Shown: positions 9,856 to 17,450 of the stretch, in pieces
Position numbering within the stretch: position 1 is the first letter of the stretch
Layout: each line of letters opens with the position of its first letter
Assembly (NCBI GenBank): GCA_963699255.1
Contig: OY969425.1
Span: 660,001-692,000, forward strand
Source: an uncultured bacterium
GTDB taxonomy: Bacteria > Margulisbacteria > WOR-1 > CAVSGV01
Direction: 5' to 3'
DNA: 32,000 bases
The notes under the pieces: model-generated
Seen by the model: the letters and a program-made list of their open reading frames with translations, nothing else
Database searches by the model: none
What the model was told of the DNA's origin: nothing
Made by a program: the position numbers and the translations under genes

Positions 9856-11502
9856 ATGACGCTGGAAAACGACCTGAAAAAGATGGAAAAGAACAATTCT
9901 CTGTTCGAGGAGAATATCCGCAAGATAAGAGTTCCGGTCCTTAAAAAGTTCCAAAGCAAGGGCAAGCTGGTCCCTTTGTCATTTGAGCCGACAGGTAAGA
10001 TATTGGAGACTAAATACAGCGCCGCTGTGTCTAAGGCGTTCCCTAAAGTTGTCGGTGCCGGCAAGAACAGATTGCTCTCCGGCTCTAAACCCAATAAGAA
10101 ACCGGCTAAAGGCAAGCGTGTTGCCGTGTTGTTCTCCGGCGGTCCGGCAGCCGGCGGCCACAATGTGATCGCCGGTTTGAAGGCCATACTGGGCAAGAAC
10201 AATACATTGCTTGGAGTTAAAGCCGGGCCCAAGGGTTTATTGGCAGGTGAGCTTTTTGAGATCACCGATGAAGCCGTGAAGCGTATCTTGAATACCGGCG
10301 GTTTTGATTTTTTGGGCTCGGACCGCACCAAGATCAAAACCGATGATCAATTCCGGCAGGTCAAGAATGTTTGCGGGAAGAACGAACTGGATGCGATAGT
10401 GATCATCGGCGGCGACGACTCCAACACCAATGCCGCTGTGCTGGCTGAGCATTTCTATGGCAAAGTCCAGGTGATCGGCATCCCCAAGACCGTTGACGGC
10501 GATCTGCAGGTCGGCGGGCTGCTGCCGATCTCGTTCGGTTTTGATACCGCGACCAAGATCTATGCTGAGATGGTCGGCAATATTTTGCAGGACACTCGAT
10601 CTTCCCTCAAGTACTGGCACTTTATTAAGCTGATGGGCCGTGCTGCTTCGCACGTGGCTCTTGAGGTCGCGCTGCAGACCCGTCCGCCGGTTTGCCTGAT
10701 ATCTGAGGAGATCGCGGAGAAGAGATCGTCCCTGGGCGAGATCATTGATTCTATCGCCCAGATCGTTGTTGCCAGGGCAAAGAAAAAGATCAATCACGGG
10801 GTTGTGCTCATCCCGGAAGGCATCGTTGAGTTCATTCCGGAAATGAACGTTTTGATCTCTGAGTTGAATGATGCTTTGGCTCATTACGGCCAGACCAAAG
10901 CAGTGGACCATCTATCCGCGGCCAGTGCGCAGCTATTCAGATCCTTGCCTGCGTATATTCAGGAGATGTTGCTGGCTGAAAGGGATTCTCACGGCAATCT
11001 GCAAGTTTCTTTGATCCCAACCGAGCGATTGATCATCGATATGGTCGCTCGCCGCGTCAAAGAGATCGATCCGGGTGTTAAGTTCAACACGCTGCATCAC
11101 TTCTTTGGTTACGAAGGACGCTGCGGTGCGCCTTCTTTATTTGATGCCGCTTATACCTACAACCTTGGTTTGGTCGCTGGCTCTCTGATCCTGGACGGCA
11201 AAACCGGCTACCTGGCTGCCCTGACCGATCTATACAAAGGCGGTAAAGCTCTGGGTATACCTTTGACAGGTCTGCTCAATGTCGAGCATCGTCATGGCAA
11301 AGATGAAATGGTCATCGAAAAAGCTCTGGTCAGGACGGATTCTCCGGCTTTCAAATTCTTTGCTTCGCGGCGTGAGGATTGGGCTGATGATGACAGGTTC
11401 ACTTCTCCTGGTCCGCGCCAACTATGGGGGCCAACGACCAAACAGCTCCCGATATCTGTTGCTTTAAATCAAGGCTATAAAGGCCTGGAATTCACTCTGT
11501 AA
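9856..11502 (+). CDS. pfp: Diphosphate--fructose-6-phosphate 1-phosphotransferase (PPi-dependent phosphofructokinase)
   Basis: AVLFSGGPAAGGHNVIAGL, IIGGDDSNTNAAVLAEHF (GGDDS signature), GIPKTVDGDL, FDTATKIYAEMVGNILQDTRSS; ~548 aa long-form enzyme. Confidence 0.93.
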   Translation: MTLENDLKKMEKNNSLFEENIRKIRVPVLKKFQSKGKLVPLSFEPTGKILETKYSAAVSKAFPKVVGAGKNRLLSGSKPNKKPAKGKRVAVLFSGGPAAGGHNVIAGLKAILGKNNTLLGVKAGPKGLLAGELFEITDEAVKRILNTGGFDFLGSDRTKIKTDDQFRQVKNVCGKNELDAIVIIGGDDSNTNAAVLAEHFYGKVQVIGIPKTVDGDLQVGGLLPISFGFDTATKIYAEMVGNILQDTRSSLKYWHFIKLMGRAASHVALEVALQTRPPVCLISEEIAEKRSSLGEIIDSIAQIVVARAKKKINHGVVLIPEGIVEFIPEMNVLISELNDALAHYGQTKAVDHLSAASAQLFRSLPAYIQEMLLAERDSHGNLQVSLIPTERLIIDMVARRVKEIDPGVKFNTLHHFFGYEGRCGAPSLFDAAYTYNLGLVAGSLILDGKTGYLAALTDLYKGGKALGIPLTGLLNVEHRHGKDEMVIEKALVRTDSPAFKFFASRREDWADDDRFTSPGPRQLWGPTTKQLPISVALNQGYKGLEFTL

Positions 11503-11510
11503 AAAGATGC

Positions 11511-11540
11511 TTGGAACCTGCGACTGAAGTCGCGGTTCCA
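11511..11540. repeat. Short palindromic repeat (GGAACC family), copy C
   Basis: TTGGAACC-T-GCGACT-GA-AGTCGC-GGTTCCA; same sequence family as 3122-3150. Confidence 0.85.
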
Positions 11541-11542
11541 TT

Positions 11543-11707
11543 TCAGAGTTCAAGGTCTTTAAGTGTCTTTCGAAGTTCTTCTTTTTGAGCGGTCCTCTTC
11601 TTGAGCTTGTTCTTCCTGGATTGTATCACTTGAGTGGCGGTTTTTCTGGTGGAAGGCAGGCCCCACATCCTCATCTTCGGGACTTTCCTACTTCGCTGGC
11701 GCGGCAT
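11543..11707 (-). CDS. Possible small basic protein (54 aa), speculative
   Basis: Below the ORF-track cutoff: MPRQRSRKVPKMRMWGLPSTRKTATQVIQSRKNKLKKRTAQKEELRKTLKDLEL*; start overlaps the GNAT stop by ~20 bp. No family recognised. Confidence 0.3.
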   Translation of the reverse strand: MPRQRSRKVPKMRMWGLPSTRKTATQVIQSRKNKLKKRTAQKEELRKTLKDLEL

Positions 11708-12173
11708 GGGATGCATCCCCGTTGAACTCGTACATCACCGCGGTTTCATTGCACTCATCGGGGAACTTGATGCAGTGGATGCATTCTCCCCAGATCTTCT
11801 GGGGCAGACGCCTTTTCTGGACGGTCTTGAAGCCGAGTTTATTGAAAAATTCCTTTATCAGGGTCAGGGCGAAGACTTTTTTGATGCCCAGATCCTTCGC
11901 TTCTTTCAAAGCTTCCTCAACAAGCTTTTTCCCCCACCCCTGCCCGCGCACCGATTCATCCACCGCGAGCGCTTTCACTTCCGCGAGATCGTCCCAGACT
12001 ATATTGAGGGCCACGCAGCCTTTTATCTTGCCGTCCACATCAACGACATAAAAGTCCCGTATGTTGTCATACAGATTGTTCAGCGACCTTGGAAGCATCA
12101 GGTCTTTATCGGCATAATGGTTCACCAGGGAATGGATGTGCTTCACATCGCTGATCTTTGCTTTTCTTATCAT
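11688..12173 (-). CDS. GNAT family N-acetyltransferase, ArgA-like amino-acid acetyltransferase type
   Basis: MIRKAKISDVKHIHSLVNHYADKDLMLPRSLNNLYDNIRDFYVVDVDGKIKGCVAL...VDESVRGQGWGKKLVEEALKEAKDLGIKKVFALT...FFNKLGF. Confidence 0.85.
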   Translation of the reverse strand: MIRKAKISDVKHIHSLVNHYADKDLMLPRSLNNLYDNIRDFYVVDVDGKIKGCVALNIVWDDLAEVKALAVDESVRGQGWGKKLVEEALKEAKDLGIKKVFALTLIKEFFNKLGFKTVQKRRLPQKIWGECIHCIKFPDECNETAVMYEFNGDASHAAPAK

Positions 12174-12233
12174 AACGGGGACAAAGTATATCAGGAAATC
12201 CGCGGTGATTCAAATGCTCCTTTTTGCCCCCAT

Positions 12234-12267
12234 AAAAAAAGAGACCCTGGCTTGTGTCCAGAGTCTC
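12234..12267 (-). terminator. Rho-independent terminator for the 12293-12514 gene
   Basis: Minus strand GAGACTCTGG-acacaag-CCAGGGTCTC-TTTTTTT. Confidence 0.85.
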
Positions 12268-12292
12268 CTTTAAATCTTTAAAGATCCAAAAA

Positions 12293-12514
12293 CTACTTTT
12301 TTGCAGGGACCACAGGCGTCGCCGCCTTTTTGACCTTCTTTACCTTTTTAACCTTTTTAACAACGGCCTTCTTGGTCATCGTCTTCTTGGCCTTCATTTC
12401 CATTGTTGGGGTCTTTGTCTCGCTGGATTTCTTTCCGCCGATGCCCCACAGAGCAAAGGACGAAACTGAAAGAACGAAAATAGCGCAGAAAAGCAATGCT
12501 AATAACTTTTTCAT
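12293..12514 (-). CDS. Small exported lysine-rich protein
   Basis: Signal peptide MKKLLALLFCAIFVLSVSSFA followed by KKAVVKKVKKVKKVKKAATPVVPAKK; has its own promoter-like and terminator signals. Confidence 0.75.
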   Translation of the reverse strand: MKKLLALLFCAIFVLSVSSFALWGIGGKKSSETKTPTMEMKAKKTMTKKAVVKKVKKVKKVKKAATPVVPAKK

Positions 12515-12540
12515 TTATTCACCTCCCCCGATCAGGACTA

Positions 12541-12569
12541 ACTATATTACCCGGAACGGACAATGTCAA
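12541..12569 (-). promoter_or_regulatory. Candidate sigma70-type promoter for the lysine-rich exported protein gene
   Basis: Minus strand TTGACA-17 nt-TATAGT, ~27 nt upstream of ATG at 12514. Confidence 0.65.
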
Positions 12570-12586
12570 GCCTGAGTTGATTTTTT

Positions 12587-13029
12587 TCAATCCGACCAGT
12601 TGATCAGCGGCAATATCCTTGACCTGCTTATATTTATCAATCCTATCTGAAGACCGGACAGCTCTCCGGCGACGTTCACAAGCCCAATCTGGAGCCCCGA
12701 CATGCTGGCCGAATCATTGAACACGAGCGCGCACTGGAAGGGTCTTGTACGGCCTGTTATGTTAACCGCGCCGATCTGAACGGCATCCATCTCACCGGAA
12801 ACCCTCTGGACAAGCCCGCAATCGAGCCCGTAAACGTTCATGATATCCCCGTAGATCAGGTTCAACCTTACGCCCCTTACGGTGTTCAGCCCCGGCGGGA
12901 CCGCGTAAGGATGAAAGAACGATACCTGAACGGGGGCGCTGTTCTCCACAAAATAAGCGGCCTCCTGCGCGCTAACAAAAGAGACCGAAATAAAAAGCAA
13001 TATGAATGTCAGGAACATTTTTTTCATAA
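12587..13029 (-). CDS. Exported repeat protein resembling LA_2272-type surface repeat proteins
   Basis: Signal peptide MKKMFLTFILLFISVSFVSA then repeats GLQIGLVNVAGELSGLQIGLINIS; the longer ORF in the track starts far upstream of the signal peptide. Confidence 0.6.
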
Positions 13030-13134
13030 ATTCGCCTATCCATGGCGCCCGGACATTATACCACAAAACCCTGTCCTGGCTGAAATTCCCGCGCAGATCA
13101 TACGATAAATATGCGGTTATACCAAGGAGCCTAT

Positions 13135-13821
13135 ATGGCCAGAATAGAAAGGATAAGAATAGCATACAGCGATCCCGCACTGCGGATCTCACTCGCGAAC
13201 ATAAAAAATGATCCCCTGAAAAAATCAAGGAACGAAGACCTGTCAAAGCACATCCTTAATATTGTCACTTTGGAAAATCTCAAGCACGGCAATATGGTGT
13301 TTAAATTTGACCGGTCGGGGTTCCCGACATACCTTCCTAAAAACAGCAACAATGCCGGTGTAGATCAGATCCTGTTCTCGTCCCGGACCGAAGATGTCAC
13401 CACAGACGCAAGCGCCTGCTCTTCGTACATGCTCTTCTGCGAGAACATGAGGCTGCTTGCGGCGGCGCACGTGGCAGGGTTCCACTCTCAGAATCCGCTT
13501 TTTCACAGGGAAATGCTGTTATACGCTTATGCCAACCTGCGTAAAATGGCTCCGGAAGATCCTATCTCGGCCTATATATCGGGAATGTATTTTTTCGCAC
13601 CATCTGAATTCCCGCATAGCCAGAAAGCCATGATAAACACGAACAGAACGAATCTCATGTCAGTGGTAGAGAATCTAATGAGCTGGGATGTGCGGATCAA
13701 GGTCATTGATATTGGAGGCCGTTATTGCAGACAGATATTTTCGCCAAAGACCGGGGGATACAAGCTCGAATTAATGACTTTCGATGCCGCTGATGTCAGA
13801 TCTTCTTCGCTGATAAAATAA
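13135..13821 (+). CDS. Divergent CheD-like (chemoreceptor glutamine deamidase fold) protein
   Basis: [26 protein letters not shown] keeps Thr(-6)/Cys(0)/His(+17) spacing seen in the CheD VTLGLGSCVAVC...AHV motif; C-terminal [22 protein letters not shown] resembles CheD DVGGxxGRxxxFxxxTG. RBS AAGGAG upstream of ATG 13135. Confidence 0.5.
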   Translation: MARIERIRIAYSDPALRISLANIKNDPLKKSRNEDLSKHILNIVTLENLKHGNMVFKFDRSGFPTYLPKNSNNAGVDQILFSSRTEDVTTDASACSSYMLFCENMRLLAAAHVAGFHSQNPLFHREMLLYAYANLRKMAPEDPISAYISGMYFFAPSEFPHSQKAMINTNRTNLMSVVENLMSWDVRIKVIDIGGRYCRQIFSPKTGGYKLELMTFDAADVRSSSLIK

Positions 13822-14395
13822 CTACGTCCTCTTCAGGAACATCTTCGAAAATTCCCACTGTATGGGTCGGGACGGCTTTTATAGCGTCCACAACATCCAT
13901 GCCGTCCGTCACTTTCCCGAATACGCAGTAGCCGAAACCCTGCTGGGTGTTGTCCCTGTGGTCAAGGAACGGGTTATCGACGACGTTTATGAAGAACTGC
14001 GCCGTGCCGCTGTCCACAACGTTCGTCCTGGCCATAGCCAGCGTGCCTTTCGTGTTAGAGAGGCCGTTGCCCGCCTCGTTCTTTATAGGGGTAAGCGTCA
14101 GCTTCTCAACCATTCCCTTTTGGAATCCGCCCCCCTGTATCATGAAGCCCGGAATGACCCTGTGGAATATGGTCCCGTCATAGAATCCCGAATTGACGTA
14201 AGACAGGAAGTTCGCGACCGTCACCGGCGCTTTGTCCGGATACAGCTCGAGCGTAATATTGCCTTTTGAGGTCTCCATCATAACTTTCGGGTTGCTGTTC
14301 ATTGTTTCTCCTTCCTTTGCCGGAGGCGTGCTCATAGCGAAGCACAGGCCTGATATCAAAACACACACTGCAATTGCCGCGAACATTTTTTTCAT
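13796..14395 (-). CDS. Cyclophilin-type peptidyl-prolyl cis-trans isomerase with signal peptide
   Basis: [20 protein letters not shown]; [52 protein letters not shown]; [16 protein letters not shown]. 3' ends of this gene and the CheD-like gene overlap by 26 bp. Confidence 0.95.
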   Translation of the reverse strand: MKKMFAAIAVCVLISGLCFAMSTPPAKEGETMNSNPKVMMETSKGNITLELYPDKAPVTVANFLSYVNSGFYDGTIFHRVIPGFMIQGGGFQKGMVEKLTLTPIKNEAGNGLSNTKGTLAMARTNVVDSGTAQFFINVVDNPFLDHRDNTQQGFGYCVFGKVTDGMDVVDAIKAVPTHTVGIFEDVPEEDVVILSAKKI

Positions 14396-14442
14396 TTGGT
14401 TCACCCTTTCCTTCTTCACTATTCTACTATAAAGGAACGGAC

Positions 14443-14594
14443 ATGGCAATAAAGGCGATTTAGGGCAAAATAAGGCAACAGAAGACACAAGGCTTATGGC
14501 TCAGGGTAAAAGCAACTATTCTTTTGCCCTTAGCCATGTATCTTACGCCCTATCCCCTCCATCTCTTCATTTGCCTTCAATCGCCTTCAATATC
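14443..14594. repeat. Short (~150 bp) MITE-like inverted-repeat element, copy 1
   Basis: Left arm ATGGCAATAAAGGCGATTTAGGGCAAAAT..., centre ATGGCTCAGGGTAAAAG-caactatt-CTTTTGCCCTTAGCCAT, right arm ...TTTGCCTTCAATCGCCTTCAATATC. Shares ATGGCAATAAAGGCGATT with 16849-16866. Confidence 0.75.
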
Positions 14595-14628
14595 TTTTTA
14601 TTTGTCTGCTTTCAAACTTTCAATCAGC

Positions 14629-14656
14629 TTGAACTATCCCCCTCCGGGCGTATAAT
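14629..14656 (+). promoter_or_regulatory. Candidate sigma70-type promoter for the YVTN-repeat gene
   Basis: TTGAAC-16 nt-TATAAT; AGGAG at 14686-14690 ahead of ATG 14699. Confidence 0.6.
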
Positions 14657-14698
14657 TCCTTTTGCTTTGATCCTTCCCCATTAAAAGGAGTGTGCGAC

Positions 14699-15760
14699 AT
14701 GAAAAACAGGCAGTTTATTCCGGTCATAGTAGCTCTCCTAATCCTCTGTTCAATGGCTTTCCTTTACGGCTGCGGATCTAATACTTCAAGCAACGGAGGT
14801 TCGGTCGGCAGCCCGTGGATATATGTCGGCGCATCAAATGACAACGCCATCTCAATAATCGACGGTTCGACCAATACTCTCGCGGGAACGATAGAACTTT
14901 CGCCAAGAAAGCCGTATCATATTGCCGCTTCACCGGACGGGAAGCATCTTTATGTTTCCACGGACAGCCCAGAGGTCGTCGTGATAGATACGGCCACTAA
15001 TAAGATATCCGGCCTTATCACCACTGACGCCGATACGCAGTCTTACGGCATGGCGGTTTCCGTGAACGCCGCGCTCCTTTATTTTTCGAGATTTAACGAT
15101 AACAAGCTTGTAAAATCATATCTGAACAGCAATCCTGTAACCTCTGAAACCGTGGTCACCGCCGCTACGCCGTACGGGATGAGCCTGGCCCATAATGACG
15201 GAATAAGTATCGTGTGCGAACCATCGAACCTTGAATGTTTCGACAATTCTCTGTTTATGTCTGACGCCAGCGTAAGTAACTTGGGCTCCAATCTGTATAC
15301 TGTGGCCGTGAATAACGGATTGGCATTTGTCCCGCGATACGCGACGGGTGACGTTGCGATAGTTGATGTGGCGGACATCGTTAATCCAACCGCCGAGGTA
15401 ACTGTCAGCCTGATAACGCCAGAAAGCGCGGCTACTTCATTTTTTGGGATAGTCTCCATTCCTGGAAAGAACAAGCTTTATGTAAGCCAGTACAAGCCTG
15501 CCGGCACATTAAATATAATTGACGCATCTTCTACTCCGACATTTGAATCCAAGGTGATCACAGGGGGGGCGTTCACCATGTCAAATCCGACCTATATGAC
15601 CGCGACCGCTGACGGCAAATATGTATATGTTTATGATACTTCCACGATACACCACTCTCAGATCTGTGTTGTTGATGCCGCCGCGGATCAGGTCGTGCAA
15701 ACGATACCTGTAAATGTGGGCGATGATTTTGACAACAATCCGGTAATTATCTATAAGTAA
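14699..15760 (+). CDS. YVTN-type beta-propeller lipoprotein
   Basis: Lipobox-like LYGCGS; repeated YVGASNDNAISIIDGSTNTLAGTIEL, PDGKHLYVSTDSPEVVVIDTATNKI, ADGKYVYVYDTSTIHHSQICVVDAAADQVVQTI. Confidence 0.85.
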   Translation: MKNRQFIPVIVALLILCSMAFLYGCGSNTSSNGGSVGSPWIYVGASNDNAISIIDGSTNTLAGTIELSPRKPYHIAASPDGKHLYVSTDSPEVVVIDTATNKISGLITTDADTQSYGMAVSVNAALLYFSRFNDNKLVKSYLNSNPVTSETVVTAATPYGMSLAHNDGISIVCEPSNLECFDNSLFMSDASVSNLGSNLYTVAVNNGLAFVPRYATGDVAIVDVADIVNPTAEVTVSLITPESAATSFFGIVSIPGKNKLYVSQYKPAGTLNIIDASSTPTFESKVITGGAFTMSNPTYMTATADGKYVYVYDTSTIHHSQICVVDAAADQVVQTIPVNVGDDFDNNPVIIYK

Positions 15761-15778
15761 CTGAAGCGTTCGGTAAAA

Positions 15779-15816
15779 GCCCGGTTTTATTCTTTCCGAG
15801 TAAAGCCGGGTTTTTT
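15779..15816 (+). terminator. Rho-independent terminator after the YVTN-repeat gene
   Basis: CCCGGTTTTA-ttctttccgag-TAAAGCCGGG-TTTTTT (one G-U). Confidence 0.8.
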
Positions 15817-15830
15817 GTTGGTTTTCCGAT

Positions 15831-16235
15831 CTAGATCGGAAGCGATATTTTGGACACGCCTATTTTTGAGGCGTCATCGATCCTGTTAAGCACTTCATCC
15901 GCCTTGCCGGGATGGGCGTTCAAATAAACGGACAGCTGCAATATTCCGGTTTGATTGGAGATATCGATCGTCATGGACTTTTTTTCGGCGGACCTTTCAA
16001 GCGGCAGATGGATCCTGGAAGAGCCCTTGCTTGCCGCGGTCGCCATCAATTTCGCTATTTTGTCCCCGCTGTTGGGATGCGTGTTCATGAAGTCGCTTAT
16101 TTTCAAGGCGTCCGAGCTGTTGAAAAAGTCCACCTGTTCGGAATTCGCGAGAGGCATATTGCTGCTGGCGGCTAACGGATTAATGGCCTGGATACCCGGT
16201 TCATCGGAGTCATTCCTCTTATCGTCAAAGCCCAT
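15831..16235 (-). CDS. Hypothetical protein
   Basis: ORF MGFDDKRNDSDEPGIQAINPLAASSN...GVSKISLPI* with plausible AGGAT upstream; no family recognised. Confidence 0.5.
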   Translation of the reverse strand: MGFDDKRNDSDEPGIQAINPLAASSNMPLANSEQVDFFNSSDALKISDFMNTHPNSGDKIAKLMATAASKGSSRIHLPLERSAEKKSMTIDISNQTGILQLSVYLNAHPGKADEVLNRIDDASKIGVSKISLPI

Positions 16236-16329
16236 ATCAGCACATCCTTTCTTAACAGGGGATATTATAGGCCTTAATAAGACAGAAGGCAAAACATGAA
16301 GGCGGGACATGAAGGCGATCGAGGAAGAC

Positions 16330-16475
16330 AAAAGGCATTGGAATTCGGGAAACTTGGGATACGGTTTAGAGATATAGGAAAACAGGAATGAGGAAAACAG
16401 GAGTTCTTTTCTTCCTCTTTCCCCTTTTTCCTCTTTCCCTAAACTCAGTCCCTATATTCCTTTATCCCCATTTCT
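16330..16475. repeat. Imperfect purine/pyrimidine inverted repeat
   Basis: Purine-rich GATATAGGAAAACAGGAATGAGGAAAACAGGAGTTC followed by pyrimidine-rich TTTTCTTCCTCTTTCCCCTTTTTCCTCTTTCCCTAAACTCAGTCCCTATATTCC. Confidence 0.5.
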
Positions 16476-16487
16476 CTAATATACCCC

Positions 16488-16848
16488 CTACTTCAAGAAT
16501 CCGATGTTCTTGACCGTTTTATCCGGTATTTCCATCAATTCGTTTATCGCGTCAAAAACCACCTTGAACTTGCCGTCGTATTTCTTTTCCATTTCCTCGA
16601 TCTTCCGCTTCAATTCCGCATGGCTGGAAAGTAATCGTCTTAACCTTGTGAATGTCCTCATGATCTGGATATTGACCTGAACGGCTCTTTCGCTGTTGAG
16701 CACTGAAGACAGCATTGCCACTCCTTGTTCAGTAAAGGCATAAGGCGAGAAGCGCCTCTTGCTGTATTTTGCGGTCACAAATTGTGACCGCAAATATTCA
16801 GACTCTTGCTCTGTCAACTGGAACATAAAATCATCAGGAAATCTCCGA
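16488..16848 (-). pseudogene. ORF6N-domain protein, 5'-truncated fragment
   Basis: [24 protein letters not shown]...[66 protein letters not shown]; the expected ~50 N-terminal residues are missing and upstream codons are repeat-arm sequence. Confidence 0.7.
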
Positions 16849-17358
16849 ATGGCAATAAAGGCGATTGAGGGCGATAAAGGGCGATAGAAGGCACAGGGCT
16901 TATGGCTTAGGGCTGGCACTTGCGTTTTAAGGAATAAATAAGGCGGTTGAATAAGTATAAAGTTTTGATAGTTAGTCCTTCAAAATGATCAAAAACATCT
17001 TTTGATACGTACTTTTTCAAATATACATGCCGCGACCAATTTCCCAATTCCGCTAGAGATCTGCGGCTAAAGCCCAAAAATCTAATGTATTCCTTTATAC
17101 TGCCCGAATAATATCCTTCTACAAAGTTTGCGCTGACTGATGTTACCGCCCGATCAATTTGGTCTCTTAAACTAAAACAATTCTTCGGCACCAGCGGCAT
17201 TATTTCACGATAAAGATATGTTTCTATTTTTTCAATATTGCCCCATACGATCATTTTTTTGTGTCCCTGCATGCAATTGCCCCCTTCTTCCCGCCTTACG
17301 CCTTGAGCCTCAAGCCCTAACACTCCCCTATATCGCCTTCTTTTGCCCTAATTGCCAT
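16849..17358 (-). mobile_element. Putative inverted-repeat element carrying a four-helix-bundle (23S IVP-like) gene
   Basis: Left arm ATGGCAATAAAGGCGATTGAGGGCGATAAAGGGCGATAGAAGGCACAGGGCTTATGGC; reverse-complemented right arm ATGGCAATTAGGGCAAAAGAAGGCGATATAGGGGAGTGTTAGGGCTTGAGGC; gene fills the interior. Confidence 0.55.
16907..17272 (-). CDS. Four helix bundle protein (23S rRNA intervening-sequence protein / S23 family)
   Basis: [86 protein letters not shown]...; RAxxSVxANxxEG and EYIRFLGxSRxSLxELxN are family hallmarks. Start 17272 or 17254. Confidence 0.88.
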   Translation of the reverse strand: MQGHKKMIVWGNIEKIETYLYREIMPLVPKNCFSLRDQIDRAVTSVSANFVEGYYSGSIKEYIRFLGFSRRSLAELGNWSRHVYLKKYVSKDVFDHFEGLTIKTLYLFNRLIYSLKRKCQP

Positions 17359-17450
17359 ACCTTAACCAGCAATTTTTATGCCAAGGGAAATAAACATAGA
17401 AAGATCGAATATGCAGCAGCTTTCGACAGATGGGTGTCGAGAAGGATGAC

